Assembly: GCF_009834535.1 (NCBI RefSeq)
Contig: NC_045697.1
Coordinates: 88,972,001-89,036,000 of the forward strand
Source: Camelus ferus
Lineage: Eukaryota
DNA: 64,000 nucleotides
Direction: 5' to 3'
Of the stretch, positions 1 through 12,270 are shown in pieces (the stretch's first letter is position 1; the number at the start of each line of letters is the position of its first letter). Made by a program: the position numbers and the translations under genes. A model generated the notes under the pieces. That model ran no database searches. It saw nothing but the letters and a program-made list of their open reading frames with translations, and had not been told where the DNA came from.

Positions 1-379
1 TGAAACATAAAGAAAAAAATAGTAATTATTAGAATGATCTATAAGACATTGAACTTAAAACTTTGGTTCTGGACATCACTCAAGTCCTTATCTAAAGAAA
101 ATTATGTGGCTACTGAGTTCTAAAAATATGCAAAACATCAACACATCAACAACCTGTAATTCTATCTTAAAATTATGGAACATTTAATCCTTGTTTTAAT
201 AATTATTTCCAACTATTCATTCATTCTTTTTTTCTTTCATTATGGGCTAACATTAGAATTTAATGTATTCATCTATAGTAAATGTCTTGAAGGGGTATTT
301 TCAAATATAGATACAAAACAAACAAAACTAATAATGTAGAAATTTCACTTCTGGTTCATAGGGGTTAGATAATTTATAC

Positions 380-2250
380 TAAAATTTCCACCAAATGTAA
401 CTGGAAAATCTGTCATCCAAATTTGGGTATATTCTAGGGATAGAGAAGTGATTTAACATATAGATGTTTGGGTAAATCATTACATTAATAATTAAAGGAA
501 AAAAGTCATGGAATTTTCCCAGTAGATGCTAGGGAAGCATTTGATCAAATTCAACATACATTCATTATTAAATAATTAGATAAATAAAGCTTTTGGTAAA
601 ACTAAAAAGAAAAGGGAACTCCCCTAATATTATAAAGAAAAACTAGATCAAAAGTCATACTTAAATGTAATATATTGACATTTTTCTTATAAAGAATGGG
701 GATAAGGTAAGAATATACTCTATTATATATTTTATTCAACATTATACAGGAATTACTAGTCAGTGCAAAAATATAAGACTTAGAAATAAAACGTTTTAAG
801 GACTGGTTAAAGAAGAAATAATATTGCCATTATTTATAGATAATATGATTGGGCACACATAAATCTAGAAGGTCTACAGATAAAATACTAGTATAGATAA
901 ATACGCTTAACACTTTCTGGATAAAAAGTCAAAATACAAAGAAAGCAATTTTATTTTCTTCTTTATTTCCTTATAACTATCCTTACAAACAATATTTGAA
1001 AATAAAATTTTAAAGATGGTAATCTATATAGGAGCACCACAAACAAAATAACTGGAAATGATGTTATAATAGATGTACAACATATCAACATAAAATTTTG
1101 TTAAATATTATTGAGAAAAGTTTTCAAAATAAAAATAAAGGGAAAAGAATATCACATTCATGGAACACGAAGACACTATTTTAAACACATCAGTTCTTTA
1201 GAAATTTTTGTGTAGATTCTATGTAATTTTCCTAAAATTTCTGCAAGGTCTTACATGAATTCACAAATTAATTCTAAATTGCATATAGAAATTCAGAGTC
1301 AAAATTAGAGCAGACAGTTTTTAAGAATGGGAGCACTTACTCTACTGAGTATCACACCTCTTTGCTAGTCTACATGAATTGTAACAGTGCAGCACTGCAT
1401 GGTGATAGATTAATAGAACAATGAATCAAAATAAAGAGTCCAGAAACTGGCCCATTCATAGTTGGATAGCTGAACTTTGACAAAAGTGGTACTGAAAAAC
1501 AGTGAGAAGGATTATCTTTTCATTAATACTCCAGAATGAAAGGTATAACTATAAAAAATAAATAAAATTTAGTTACATCCTTCATACGGTACTCAAAATG
1601 CAGATAGCATAGCAATTAGCTTCTAAAAATTAACAAAGGGGAATGTTTTTATAAACTCTGAGACAGATTTCTTAAGCCAAATATAAAATGCACTAATATT
1701 AAAGAGAAGACTTATAAAATGGATTACATTAAAGATAAGGGATTCTATAACTCAAAAGATAGCATTAAAAAATAAAAATGGAATAAAACATTGCAACACA
1801 TATAACAACAACAAAAGAAACCTCATATAATCTACAAATCAATGAGAAAAAAGTCCAGTAATTAATGGGAGTTGGGACTTGAATAAGCACTTCACTAAAA
1901 TTAATCACTTCAACAATTAACATAGAAAAAGATGTTTGACTTCATTAATAATTGGGGAAATGCCACTAAGACCAAAAATAAGATACTCTTACATACCTAG
2001 AAGAATATCTAAAATTTAAAAGATTGGCTATAACCAAATTTTGTCACCATTGTCAGTGCAAATGTAAATTGGTACAAACACCTGGGAAATTTTTTGGCTG
2101 CATCTATTTTATTTGTATGTGTATGTGTATATATAGTTATATTCCATATGAGAAGTATTATGCCTTTACTCTCAAATAAATGAATGTATATGTATACACA
2201 AGACATCTATAAAAATATTTCAAGTAGAATTAAACATTAAGAGCATATTA
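380..2250 (+). mobile_element. Ancient, highly decayed LINE-1 ORF2 (RT to C-terminus) remnant
   Basis: ~520-565 'gtagatgctagggaagcatttgatcaaattcaacatacattcatt' corresponds to L1 ORF2 '[13 protein letters not shown]'; collinear L1-like blocks follow (tcacattcatggaa ~1150, gaactttgacaaaagtgg ~1470, aagcacttcactaaaa ~1885); no open frame. Confidence 0.85.
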
Positions 2251-2970
2251 AGATGAGAAAAAAAGAAAAAAAATATATGCTTCATAAGATAAAGTACAAG
2301 GAAATCAATTTAGAGTCATTAGCTCTATATACATATAAAATACCAAACTAGACTCACATAAGAAAGAAAGAATTTCAAAGCAGAGTTAATTATATCTACC
2401 AAAAGTGTCAGACGTACACTTAGAAGTATAAAAGTATGAACTTTATCTCTCAGCACATTACTATTTAATCACTTCATGTGCCAAAGCATCGTCCACATCC
2501 TAGTGGAAAATAATTAAGTCTATATTCACATACACGTCATCTTTGACAATTCTACATGCTTCTTTTAATATTATCTGTTTAAGAAAACCTTGCTTTGTTG
2601 GTAGTCAAAGGAGTAATATTTTATCCTTAACAGGTCAGAGTGTAATACTGTTTTACTCAAATATAAAAATGTTGGAATGTAAATAAACTTTTAAAAGTTT
2701 GGAAAGAGAAAATACAAAGAGTGTTTTGAGACTTTTTTCTCTCATCCAACCTCAGGTTTACAGTGCTGACAAGATCTTCCTTCCTTGCTTTGGTCCCAAT
2801 GGTTGACTTGATATGATACAGGATAATCATTCAAATAGAAAGACCTAAAATTGTAGCTGTCTACTTCTCTTAAAAATAAAGATAATCTGTGTCCATGTTT
2901 CGAGGTATAGTCAAATAGTAAATAAAGCATTTTGCTTCTCCTGCATAGTTATTATCCTAACAATATTGAG

Positions 2971-2973
<3 letters not shown>

Positions 2974-3023
<50 letters not shown>
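2974..3023. repeat. Compound (CT)n(AT)n microsatellite
   Basis: Directly visible dinucleotide runs. Confidence 0.98.
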
Positions 3024-3769
3024 CACTCACGGATGACTTTAAGGAAGGAACAACATTTCAAATTAGTGTATGTTTTCTTTTATAGAAATTTCAAGTACAC
3101 ATGCTGATGAATATTACTCTATGATGAATATAAAATACACAATTTACTTCTAGCTTGGAACTGTCATTCTCTGTTTTCTATCTAAAATTATATTGACATT
3201 CTCAAAGTATAGGAAAGAGAAGACCTAATTAGCTCTAAAGAAGTGAAGTTTGTTCTGCCAGAGTTGTAATAATAAAATGGAGTTTTTTGCTAACAGTTAG
3301 TGTTAAAACTTTAAGTTTAAAAAAAAATCCTAAACTGATAGCAGCATGGTGGATTCAAATATAATAATTTATCAACTTTCTTGTTACAATTTTAAATGTT
3401 TTGAAACTTTGGTAAAATTTCTCTTGGAAGGGGATAAATTAAAGTGAATTTATTTTCAAGTCAATCTTTCAAAACCTATTTTTTCCCCACTGTATCTATC
3501 CAAAGCAACGCTGTATAAATTTGTTTAAGACCTCACTCTACAGAAGGAAACACCAAGGTTTTCCTTTAAAGCTTTTAGTAATTTGGGCAAAAAAGATAAA
3601 ATATAGAATTGAAAATTTGGCTTTTTACATGTTAACTTAATACATTCTAAGAAATTTAAATGAAGACTGTAGTTAATTAATGTATACATTTTCTACTCAA
3701 CATAAAATATTTAGTATATATCTGGCATTGGGTTAAGTGCTAGAAATTTAGTTCCTTGATGTCAAGATC

Positions 3770-4113
3770 TGGATGTTTCTGTCCCCTCCAAATTTATGCT
3801 GAAATCCTAACCTCCAAAGGCAATGGTATTAGTAGACAGCCCTGAGTTCCCAAATAGCAATCAGAATTCACTCCAGCTCTATGCGTGAGTCATCTTGGGT
3901 GCCTTTGAGAGGGATTAGCGCTCTTCCAGAAGTGATCCCACAGAGCTCCCTAGCCCCTTCCGCACGTGAGTCTGTGGGTCGGGGCTTTCATCTGAGCACA
4001 CTGGCACCCACCCTGGGCTTCCGGCCTCCAGAACTGCGAGAAATGAATTTCTGTTGTCTATAAGCCCCCCGGTCTGTGGTACTTCATTACAGTAGCCTAA
4101 ACGGACTGAAATA
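3770..4113 (+). mobile_element. MaLR solo LTR (MLT1A/B-like)
   Basis: Start 'tgtcccctccaaatttatgctgaaatcctaacctcc'; end 'cctccagaactgcgagaaatgaatttctgttg...tgtggtacttcattacagtagcctaaacggactgaaata', typical of MLT1 LTRs. Confidence 0.85.
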
Positions 4114-4574
4114 GTAATGGATGGGGATATTTATTCAACCATTTATAATGAGGTAAATAAAGATAATGATTCTAAAATGTGATGGGACATAGAGGAAGAA
4201 GTACTGATTCAAATGAGGTAGAAGAGGTGATAAGAGCCTGCATGTGTGGGAGAATGGGTCTTCTAGAAGGGGCTGAGGTTTCAACTGATCCTTTTAAAAA
4301 TGAATGTTTTTGTGGGAAAAAAATAATATTGAACTATTCTAAGCAAAAATTAAAATTTAGAGCAGAGGCATCATGAATTAGATAGATAATCTTTTTCTGC
4401 CCACATTCAGATGCTTGAAATTATCTCATGGTCATGCCTGAATCCAAGATGGTCTGCAAAACATAGCTCACGGCCACACAACTACTTCTAGCAAGAATGA
4501 CACATAATTTTGGAGAGACTGTGGAAATTGTTGGACAGCAACAAAATAAGACAGTTCATTTTCTCATTTGTCTT

Positions 4575-6928
4575 TTTCTGTGTTATATATTCACATAATA
4601 ATGTGGCTTAAAACTAGAATTTGTAATTATTTTTCGTAGTACTGAGTTTTGACGAGGACCAAATGAATTGTTGGAGTCTCTCAATCAGCGTGAATTAGTG
4701 ACTGGGGAAGAAGTTATCCGAAGGCTCAGCTGGGCTGAATATCCAAGATGACTCACTCATAGAGCTGGAGTTCATTCTGATTGCTATTTGGGAACTCAGG
4801 GCTGTCCACTCAGGTGCCTTTATGTGGTGTCCCCGTGTGGCTTCAGTGTCTCACAGCATGGTAAACTGGGATCTAAAAGCAAGTCTTGCAAAGGTTAGGA
4901 AAGATATCAAAGGATATGCTGTCAGTGTCTTAAGGACTGAGGCAAAAATCTAGCACAGTCTCACTTCTGTCTCATTCTGTTTGTCCAAGTACTCAGACAA
5001 TCCTTCCACAGCTAAAGGAAGGGGAAGCAGTCCTCAGCTCTTGACGGGAGACATTTCAGAACATTATGGGCCATCTTTAATTCACCATATTTCTCTCTCT
5101 ATGTTACTTATATTCTGGCTTCCTTCTGCTAAAAAATACATTCATCCCACCCCAAGATCTTTAATGTTTCGTTCCAATACAGCATTGGCTCCGAGTTCTA
5201 GATCTCACCACCTAAGTTAAATCCAGGTGTTAATGACGCTCCATAGGTATCATTTCCTAAGTCTGGTTCCTCTAACACTAAAGCTGTGCAAACTAACTTG
5301 GTAAGTTTTCTACACCCCTTCTCCCCTCTTCTAAAAAAAAAAAAAAAAAAAAAAAACACCTACTACATAATGATAAGACCAAGACAAGAGACATTCCTAT
5401 TTACAAAGGAAAAAAAAAAAAAAAACACAGACACACACACAAAAACCCAGGGATATAGCAGCACTGTTTCGTAGAAACTCTGAAATTTGGCCTGGGAGAT
5501 GTCACCAGTTCCTTGATTAGGTCTGGGTCCTGCTTCCTGGGAATGTTTTCTGTAGCTCTTAGTTCTATCCCACGGCCTGTTGGTTTTGTCTGTTGAATTA
5601 TCCTTCTTGGCACATGTTTGTAACCACACGGCCTTCTATGCCTGTTTGGAAGACTAGGGGGCTATTATATCTCTTTTCTTTTTGTACGTTCTCTGTCCCT
5701 TTAAGTCCAAGCTATTGCTGCTTCTCATGATAGAGTTCTCTTTAAAGTACTACAGGTTTTCAATGAATATTATTAGGTCACTCAGTTAGACCCTTTCAAT
5801 CTTATGAGGGATTCTGTGTAGACATCTATCCTAGAGACAGTGTCTTTAGGATTCTGTTTAGAAGAGAATTCCTTCAGCTTTTGACTAGCTGAAAGGGTAA
5901 ATGTTGCACTGACACATATCTTTCTGAGGTCTTAACGAAAAATCTTTCAGCTCCATGCTGGATTTGTGTTTATCCTGAAGCCTTTTTTCTTTTTTAACTT
6001 TGAATTTTTGTTTTTGCTGGAAGAGCATATGAATAAGAAACAGATTGGTTTTCCAACTCAGAAAGACTTTATTTCTTTGTATTTCTGGTATACTATGCTC
6101 AAAAGCTGAGTAGGTCCTTCTTTAGTTCATGTCTGCCTTTTGTATTTTCTCAGAGGAGCTAAGAGAAATGAATTGGCAACTTCTACCTTTTGCTTGGAAA
6201 TCTCCAGTCAGATCCATAAATTAATTAGATACCCTTTTTATTTTCTACATTATTGCCAAATTTTCTGCTACACATTATGAGGATATCATTTTCTCTGACC
6301 ATCAACTAAAAATTCCTCCCTGACCTCCCAGCCTTCACCAATAATATCATTGAGATGTTTCCAGATTCTTATTAAGACTCTCCTCTAGGCCTAGCCAAGT
6401 TTGTTTACCACCTGGTCCAAAAGACAGTGATGATATTTCCAGATTCCAAATTCTGTCTTTTGTTGCACAACAAATTACCTCCAAAATTAGAGGCTTGAAA
6501 CAATAAGAATTTTATTTCATCTCATGATTTTGTGGGTCAGAAATTCAAGCTGGGATCATCTAGCCAAATCTTTTGCTTCATGTGGTATTGATTGAGGCCG
6601 CTCAATAGTACCCAGCTGGTGGATGGGCTAGTTTGGAGGGGCCAGAGCAGCTTCACTCATATATCTGATACTTTCTCAAAGATCACAGGAATGATAGGCT
6701 CAGTTTGGACAACTAACCAGAGTAACAACGCATGGACTCCAAGCATGGTAGTCAAGATAAGTCAGACTTCTTACAAGGTGGATGAGGACTCCTGGAAAGA
6801 AAATTTCCAGAGGCAGACATGGCAGCTGTGTGTTAAGTGTGTTAAGCCCTGAACCTGGACACTGGCACAGTGCCATTTCATCAGTTCTTCCCTGGTGAAA
6901 GCAGTCACTGAGCCCACTCAGATTAAAG

Positions 6929-6930
<2 letters not shown>
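4575..6930 (-). mobile_element. MaLR element with LTR - internal - LTR structure (MLT1G/H-like LTRs, MLT1-int)
   Basis: MLT1-like LTRs at ~4575-5085 and ~6456-6930, both - strand; ~1.35 kb between them; junction 'ttccagattccaaattctgt' (~6437-6456) resembles the reverse complement of the MLT1-int 5' end. Confidence 0.75.

Positions 6931-6968
<38 letters not shown>
6931..6968. repeat. (GT)n microsatellite
   Basis: Directly visible. Confidence 0.98.
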
Positions 6969-6969
<1 letters not shown>

Positions 6970-7279
6970 GGGAATGGGAGATTTGTAAAAGAATTCACAC
7001 CCCAATTTAATCCATCATATATATATTTGGAAAATGAGGCAGGGGAGATTTACACATGATATTACGCTTGAAGGAAGGAGCCTATGTGGGAGAAGAGATT
7101 GATACAAAAGAACAAGGGGATACTTGATGGGACAAGGTCTTGGGGTGAAACCAGAGGACGTGAGATCACTATTACAGGTATTAGGATTAGTCTTGCAAAG
7201 AAGTAAACTTTCTCTTTTCCTGGAGTTCAAAAAAACATGGTAATTATGGTGAAAATATTACTAAGTTTGAACTGGAGTA

Positions 7280-7500
7280 TGTGATGGCTGAAAAACTATA
7301 TCCATTTCCTAATTCTTGGAGCCTGTAAATGTTACTTACTGTATGTGGCAAAAAAGAGTCTTCGCATATATGATTAAATTAAGGATTTTGCAATGAGGAA
7401 TTACTCTGAATTATCTATGTGGACACCCTAAATGCAATCAAATGTATCCTTTTAAAGGGAGGCACATGGTGATTTTTTACTATACGTAGAGGAGGAAACA
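7280..7500 (+). mobile_element. MaLR LTR 5' part (MLT1C/D/E-like)
   Basis: 'cctaattcttggagcctgtaaatgttac...tggcaaaaaagagtcttcgcatatatgattaaattaaggatttt...ccctaaatgcaatc'. Confidence 0.75.
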
Positions 7501-7501
7501 A

Positions 7502-7732
7502 TGGTTTTATGGTTTCAGGTCTTATATTCAAGGCTTTAACACATTCTGAGTTAATTTTTGTGCATGGTATAAGATAGGTCCAGTTTCATTCTTTTGCATG
7601 TGACTGTCCAGTTTTCCCAATACCATTTATTGAGGAGACTATCTCTCCCCATTATATGTTCTTGGCTATGTTGTCATAAATTAACTGACCGTTATTAAGC
7701 ATGGGTTTATTTCATGGCTCTCTATTCTGTGA
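7502..7732 (-). mobile_element. LINE-1 ORF2 fragment
   Basis: 'ggtttcaggtcttatattcaag...gagttaatttttgtgcatggtataagata...ccagttttcccaataccatttattgaggagact' is the characteristic antisense L1 ORF2 block. Confidence 0.9.
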
Positions 7733-7974
7733 TCAAGACAAATTAATTCATCTTTCCAAATTTTACTTTCACAATTATAAAATGGAAAAAAATGATACTT
7801 CTTTCATGGTATTACTGGGAAGATAAAAATACAAATGTGTAATATAGCAGCATGTATAGTGGGCAAACATATTTCTGAAAACAATTAAGTGTTTGTGTGT
7901 GTGCGCACGTGCGCACGCACATGTTGGAGGAGGGAAACATAACCTAGAGACAGTGTGCAGAACATCATAGTTGA

Positions 7975-8190
7975 TTTGGGGCTTTGGAGTCAAATTCTCT
8001 ATGTTCAATTTCTGGGATTACTGCTTTCTGGATTAGTAACACTGGGCAAATTATTTCACTCCTCCATCCTCAGTTTCATTCTTTGAAAAATGGTGATAAT
8101 TATGAAAATTAGTTCATGGAATTATTGCGTTGATAAAGCAATGTATAGTTGTAATCCACTTATAAAATACTTAGGACTTTGTACAGACCT
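7975..8190 (+). mobile_element. MIR SINE
   Basis: 'gggctttggagtca...ctgggcaaattattt...cctcagtttcattctttgaaaaatggtgataat' MIR head and core. Confidence 0.8.
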
Positions 8191-8907
8191 AACCTATACA
8201 TTGATAATTTACTACAGATTAAGTAAATTCTAAATGTTGTTAAATAGTTTAGAAGATTCTCCTTCTCCATTCCAGAATTTTTCATTTTACTTTGAATGAC
8301 CCAGTATCTATGTGTTAATTCTATTTGTTCTGGCCCATACATCAGATCGTGGATGTAGCCCAAGCCCGGGAATATAAAGATTCTTAACATTTTGTAAGAT
8401 GACTAAAGCAACAGATAAAGGCAATGTGGAATATTAATTCATTATTTTGACACTTTGTACAGTGCAAAAAGTTCTTCATCGAAATTTAAATTACCCTTAT
8501 GGATTCTGGGAGTTAATAAACCTACAAAAGTGTTAGGTTTTTCAGTTAATTTTTCTGAAATCTGTAGTATTAAACTATAAATTATCCTTATCACTAGGGA
8601 TGACTGTTCTCATTTTATCTTCAATCATACTCATGACTGAATGATCAGAAACTCTTTTAATAGCATATGGTTTTTCTTATATTTTTTCTTTTAAATACCC
8701 AATCAGCAATATATCATGTTAATTTTATCACAATTATTAGCTCATAATTTAAAATGTGCATGTTACATCTGATATGTGTATATTTCTTCTTAATTAAAAT
8801 GATGAAACTTCACATCTTGAAAGAGAACTGTGAATTTGTAAAAAAAAACACTACATTTGCAAAATTTCAGCCTTTAGTTTCCATACTTCCCTGCTCACTA
8901 TAATCAC

Positions 8908-8982
8908 TTTTATTTATTTTTTAACTGAATTATAATTGACTTACAATATTATATTAGTTTCAGGTGTACAACACAGTGATCA
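8908..8982 (-). mobile_element. Short LINE-1 3' end
   Basis: T-rich tail then 'tataattgacttacaatattatattagtttcaggtgtacaacacagtgat'. Confidence 0.75.
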
Positions 8983-10086
8983 CTTTTACTCCTCTGAGCA
9001 CCTGGTTACTCCATTCCACTGGAGGAAGGGAATCCAAGCTAGTAAGAAACGTGGAGAAAATTATCTACATCGAATAGTAAATGTATACCCCTCATTCCAG
9101 GTAAAGGACAAGGAGTCGGGGAAAGTAATATTAAAAAATAAGGGAGAAAGAAGAGCTAGGTTTGAAATTTTGGTGGTAGCAGAGATGAATAAGACAAAGA
9201 GGGAAAAACTCTTAGGGTAGACTTCTCATTACAAGTAATGCAGTTTATTAATTCAGATGGTTGAGGGAGGCACAAGTCAGCCCCCTAAGATACCAGGCCT
9301 CCCACTGCCGGGGGCATGGAAGAAGTTGTCTGGGAAGGAAACGGGGCTGCCAGAGCCACACAGGAAACCGGAGCAGTGTGGGTGGGTTGGGGTACAATAC
9401 AATGGCCCTTTCAAATATCCTGATAGAAGGAAGGACTATAGAAAAGACTTGTAAGCTTCAGGGATCTGATGATGAAGAACAAGGAGTAAAAGAGCCAGAA
9501 AGACACGTCTTTTATTCATGAGCCTTTGAATTATAGTGAAGATATGATTTGTTAAATAATTGTGAAATTGCAGAAAGCAAAATAAGCTTCAGGGTTCATT
9601 GTGAAATGTAGTAAATCATTTAAGCATACTTCTCTGAAAGGGAGGAGACAAATGAACAGTCAATAGTACACCACCAAAAGCTGGACCTTTAATTTGTCCA
9701 ATTCTTTGGTTAGAAGACCGAGAAAAGCACAGAGGAGTGCTTGGTTCCAACATTCTACTCTGCTAAATGCAAAATGCTAAAAGCATTTTTAAAGAACAAG
9801 ATTACGGGAGTGTGAAAATCCCACCCTCTGATTGAAAATGGAAATAACAGTGTCACCAGCTTTAAAAAATATGGCTTCCTTCCCTAATTTCCCACTCGTA
9901 ACCATTGCACTGTTTTAATGCATCATCTTTTCCAAGCAAAAGAAAGCCTCAGAAGTGTGTTTGTTACCAGAAGAGATTCATCTGGCCAGTTTATCAAGAA
10001 CTCATAATACAGCTTAGTACTTTTCTCTTTTTTTCACCTTGGAATTTTTCTTCTATGAAGTTGTAGGTTTGCTTTTGTAGTTAAAG

Positions 10087-10248
10087 TTTTTTTTAAATTG
10101 AAGTATAGTCAGTTACAATGTATCCATTTCTGGAGTACAGCATAATGTTTAAGTCATATATATATATATAGACCTATATTCATTTTCATATTCTTTTTCA
10201 TTATAGGTTACTGCAAGATATTGAATATAGTTCCCCATGCTATACAGA
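10087..10248 (-). mobile_element. Short LINE-1 3' end (artiodactyl/camelid type)
   Basis: 'tttaaattgaagtatagtcagttacaatg...tattgaatatagttccccatgctatacag', antisense homologue of the 3' UTR at 15.06-15.22 kb. Confidence 0.85.
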
Positions 10249-10392
10249 TACTTTTGAGATAAGAGAAGCAGAAATTCAATTTCAAGGACTTCACAGTTCC
10301 ATTTATTTAAGTGTTTTACATTGTGAGCAGCAATTGATTATTTTTCAGAGCATTCATTTTGTGTTACATATTTATTTACATAGTCAGAGACT

Positions 10393-10730
10393 TTATTCAT
10401 TCAATGAAAGATAATTCACAAGCACCTATTAGATGCCATGTACTCAGCTAGGTTTCGGAGTTCTAATGAGGAATACATGTTTTCCTGTCTCACAGGTTCT
10501 ATATTCCAGTGGGAGAGAGGGACAATAAACAAGTGGACAGATGCATCAGTGAAATAAACAAGACTGTGATTACCATTACGAAGGAAAGAAAGAATGTTGT
10601 GATGGGAAAATAAAGTTTCAGGTTGGGTACTTACTCAGATAAGGTAATAAAGGAAGACCTCTCTGAAGAAGTGATGTTCATGCTGGGACTGAAGGAAGAG
10701 AAAGAACCAAATGTGAAAAGAGCTTGGGTG
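10393..10730 (-). mobile_element. L2 LINE 3' region
   Basis: 'attcattcaa...aagcacctattagatgcca...aggaagacctctctgaagaagtgatgttcatgctgggactgaagga'. Confidence 0.75.
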
Positions 10731-10934
10731 GGCACTCAAGGAGACGGGACAAATAGGCAGAAGAGATTCGAAGGAAAAGTTTTGCTTGATAAACTTGTGG
10801 TGGCAGAATCAGAAGACGGCCCAGAGCCAAAATCCCCATGCCCTATTTATCCAAGTGAACACTAATCTGGCAACTGCTAGGATTGGGATTTTTTCAGATG
10901 AAATGGAAGTTCCAGGTGATTTAATCTTAAAATA

Positions 10935-11370
10935 CAAAAATAATCTAGGTGAGCCCTTGAAAAGCTGAAGGTTTTCTCTGGCTGGTGGCAGAAGTCAGAG
11001 GGATGAGCTTGCTGGCCTTGAGGAAGAAAGCACAAGAGTAAGTTCTAACTGCCAGAGGAAGAGGGGGGACCTCTGGAAGCTGACAGCAAGCTTTAGTCCA
11101 CAGCAAGCCAGGAAACAGGGAACCTGGTCCTGCAATCACTGGGGAATGAATCTGCCCATCATCAGTGAGCTTGGGAAAGGATCATTGGCCTCAGATGAGG
11201 ATCAGAACCCTAGTGACCACCTTGATTTCAGCCTGTGAGACCAGAGCAGAGGACCTGGATAAACCATACCTGGACTCCTGCCCATGGAAAATATGAGACA
11301 ATAACTGTGTACCGTTTTAAGCCATTAAATCATGATATTTTGTTACAGCAGCAATAGGAAGACTATTACA
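10935..11370 (+). mobile_element. MaLR LTR (MLT1D/E-like)
   Basis: 'caccttgatttcagcctgtgagaccagagcagaggacc...ttttaagccattaaat...ttttgttacagcagcaataggaagactattaca'. Confidence 0.85.
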
Positions 11371-11859
11371 AAGCTCTAGAGCCTAAGAGGAGACTAGTGT
11401 GACTGGTGCCTCCTGGGCAAGAATGTATAGCCTGAAATAATGTTGGAAAGTTAGGTGGTGAAGAGTAAACAAATCATATAAGCATATTTAATGTAATTCA
11501 TATGCAATTGTTAGCATCCTTTGGAATACATAATAGTGTTAAGCATTATATGGATACAGCCCAAATTTTTATCCCAATCAAGCCTTGTGGTATGTAATAC
11601 CCAATATTAGACACAGAAGATACAAAGATGGTGAATGCATGGTCACAACGATGGAAAAACTTATAATCAAGACAGCAGAATATGCACATACAAATAGTTT
11701 TAATTGGCAAAATGAGTCACTGGTTAGGAGCCATGTGTGTTCAGAGGAGTGGTGAGAGAACTCCGGAATGTACCACCTACTATGGGAAAACGAGGACTGG
11801 ACCTCGAAAAGTGAGCTCAAGTGATTCAGACAGATATTATAGTCTTCCTGACGGAAATG

Positions 11860-12270
11860 TAATTGGAAGTGCACAACAATACCTTTGAAATAGTCTTGCC
11901 AAAAAAAGGAAAAGAAAAAAGAAGATTTAAATATAATCAATATTTAGAGCTAACTACCAGTGTGCAGGAAATACAGGAGATGGAAAAACATGTTAAATGA
12001 CACCAGGGGGACACATCCAGCCAAATGCAGAATGTTGAAAATTTCCAGAACAAATGATGCAATTGCAAAAACAATAATTACCATGAAAATAGATTTGAGA
12101 GATATGCCAAGAAATTGCAAAATAGACCTCATTGAAATCCTGATTTAAAAATATCACAGCACAAAGATATTTTAATACTGAGGGGCTAATTTTAATTTTG
12201 TTGGTTAAGATTAAAAATATCATATCCATTAAACATGCTTATTGATGTATTTATGGTTAAAATGATGACA
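11860..12270 (+). mobile_element. Ancient L1 (L1MC/L1ME-type) 3' UTR fragment
   Basis: 'aatagtcttgccaaaaaa...ctaactaccagtgtgcaggaaatacagg...catccagccaaatgcagaatgttgaaaatttccagaacaaatga'. Confidence 0.65.

Noticed and set aside
7280..11370. One MaLR LTR split into pieces at 7.3 kb and 10.9 kb
   Set aside because: The pieces appear to overlap in consensus position and differ in diagnostic blocks, so separate insertions are more likely
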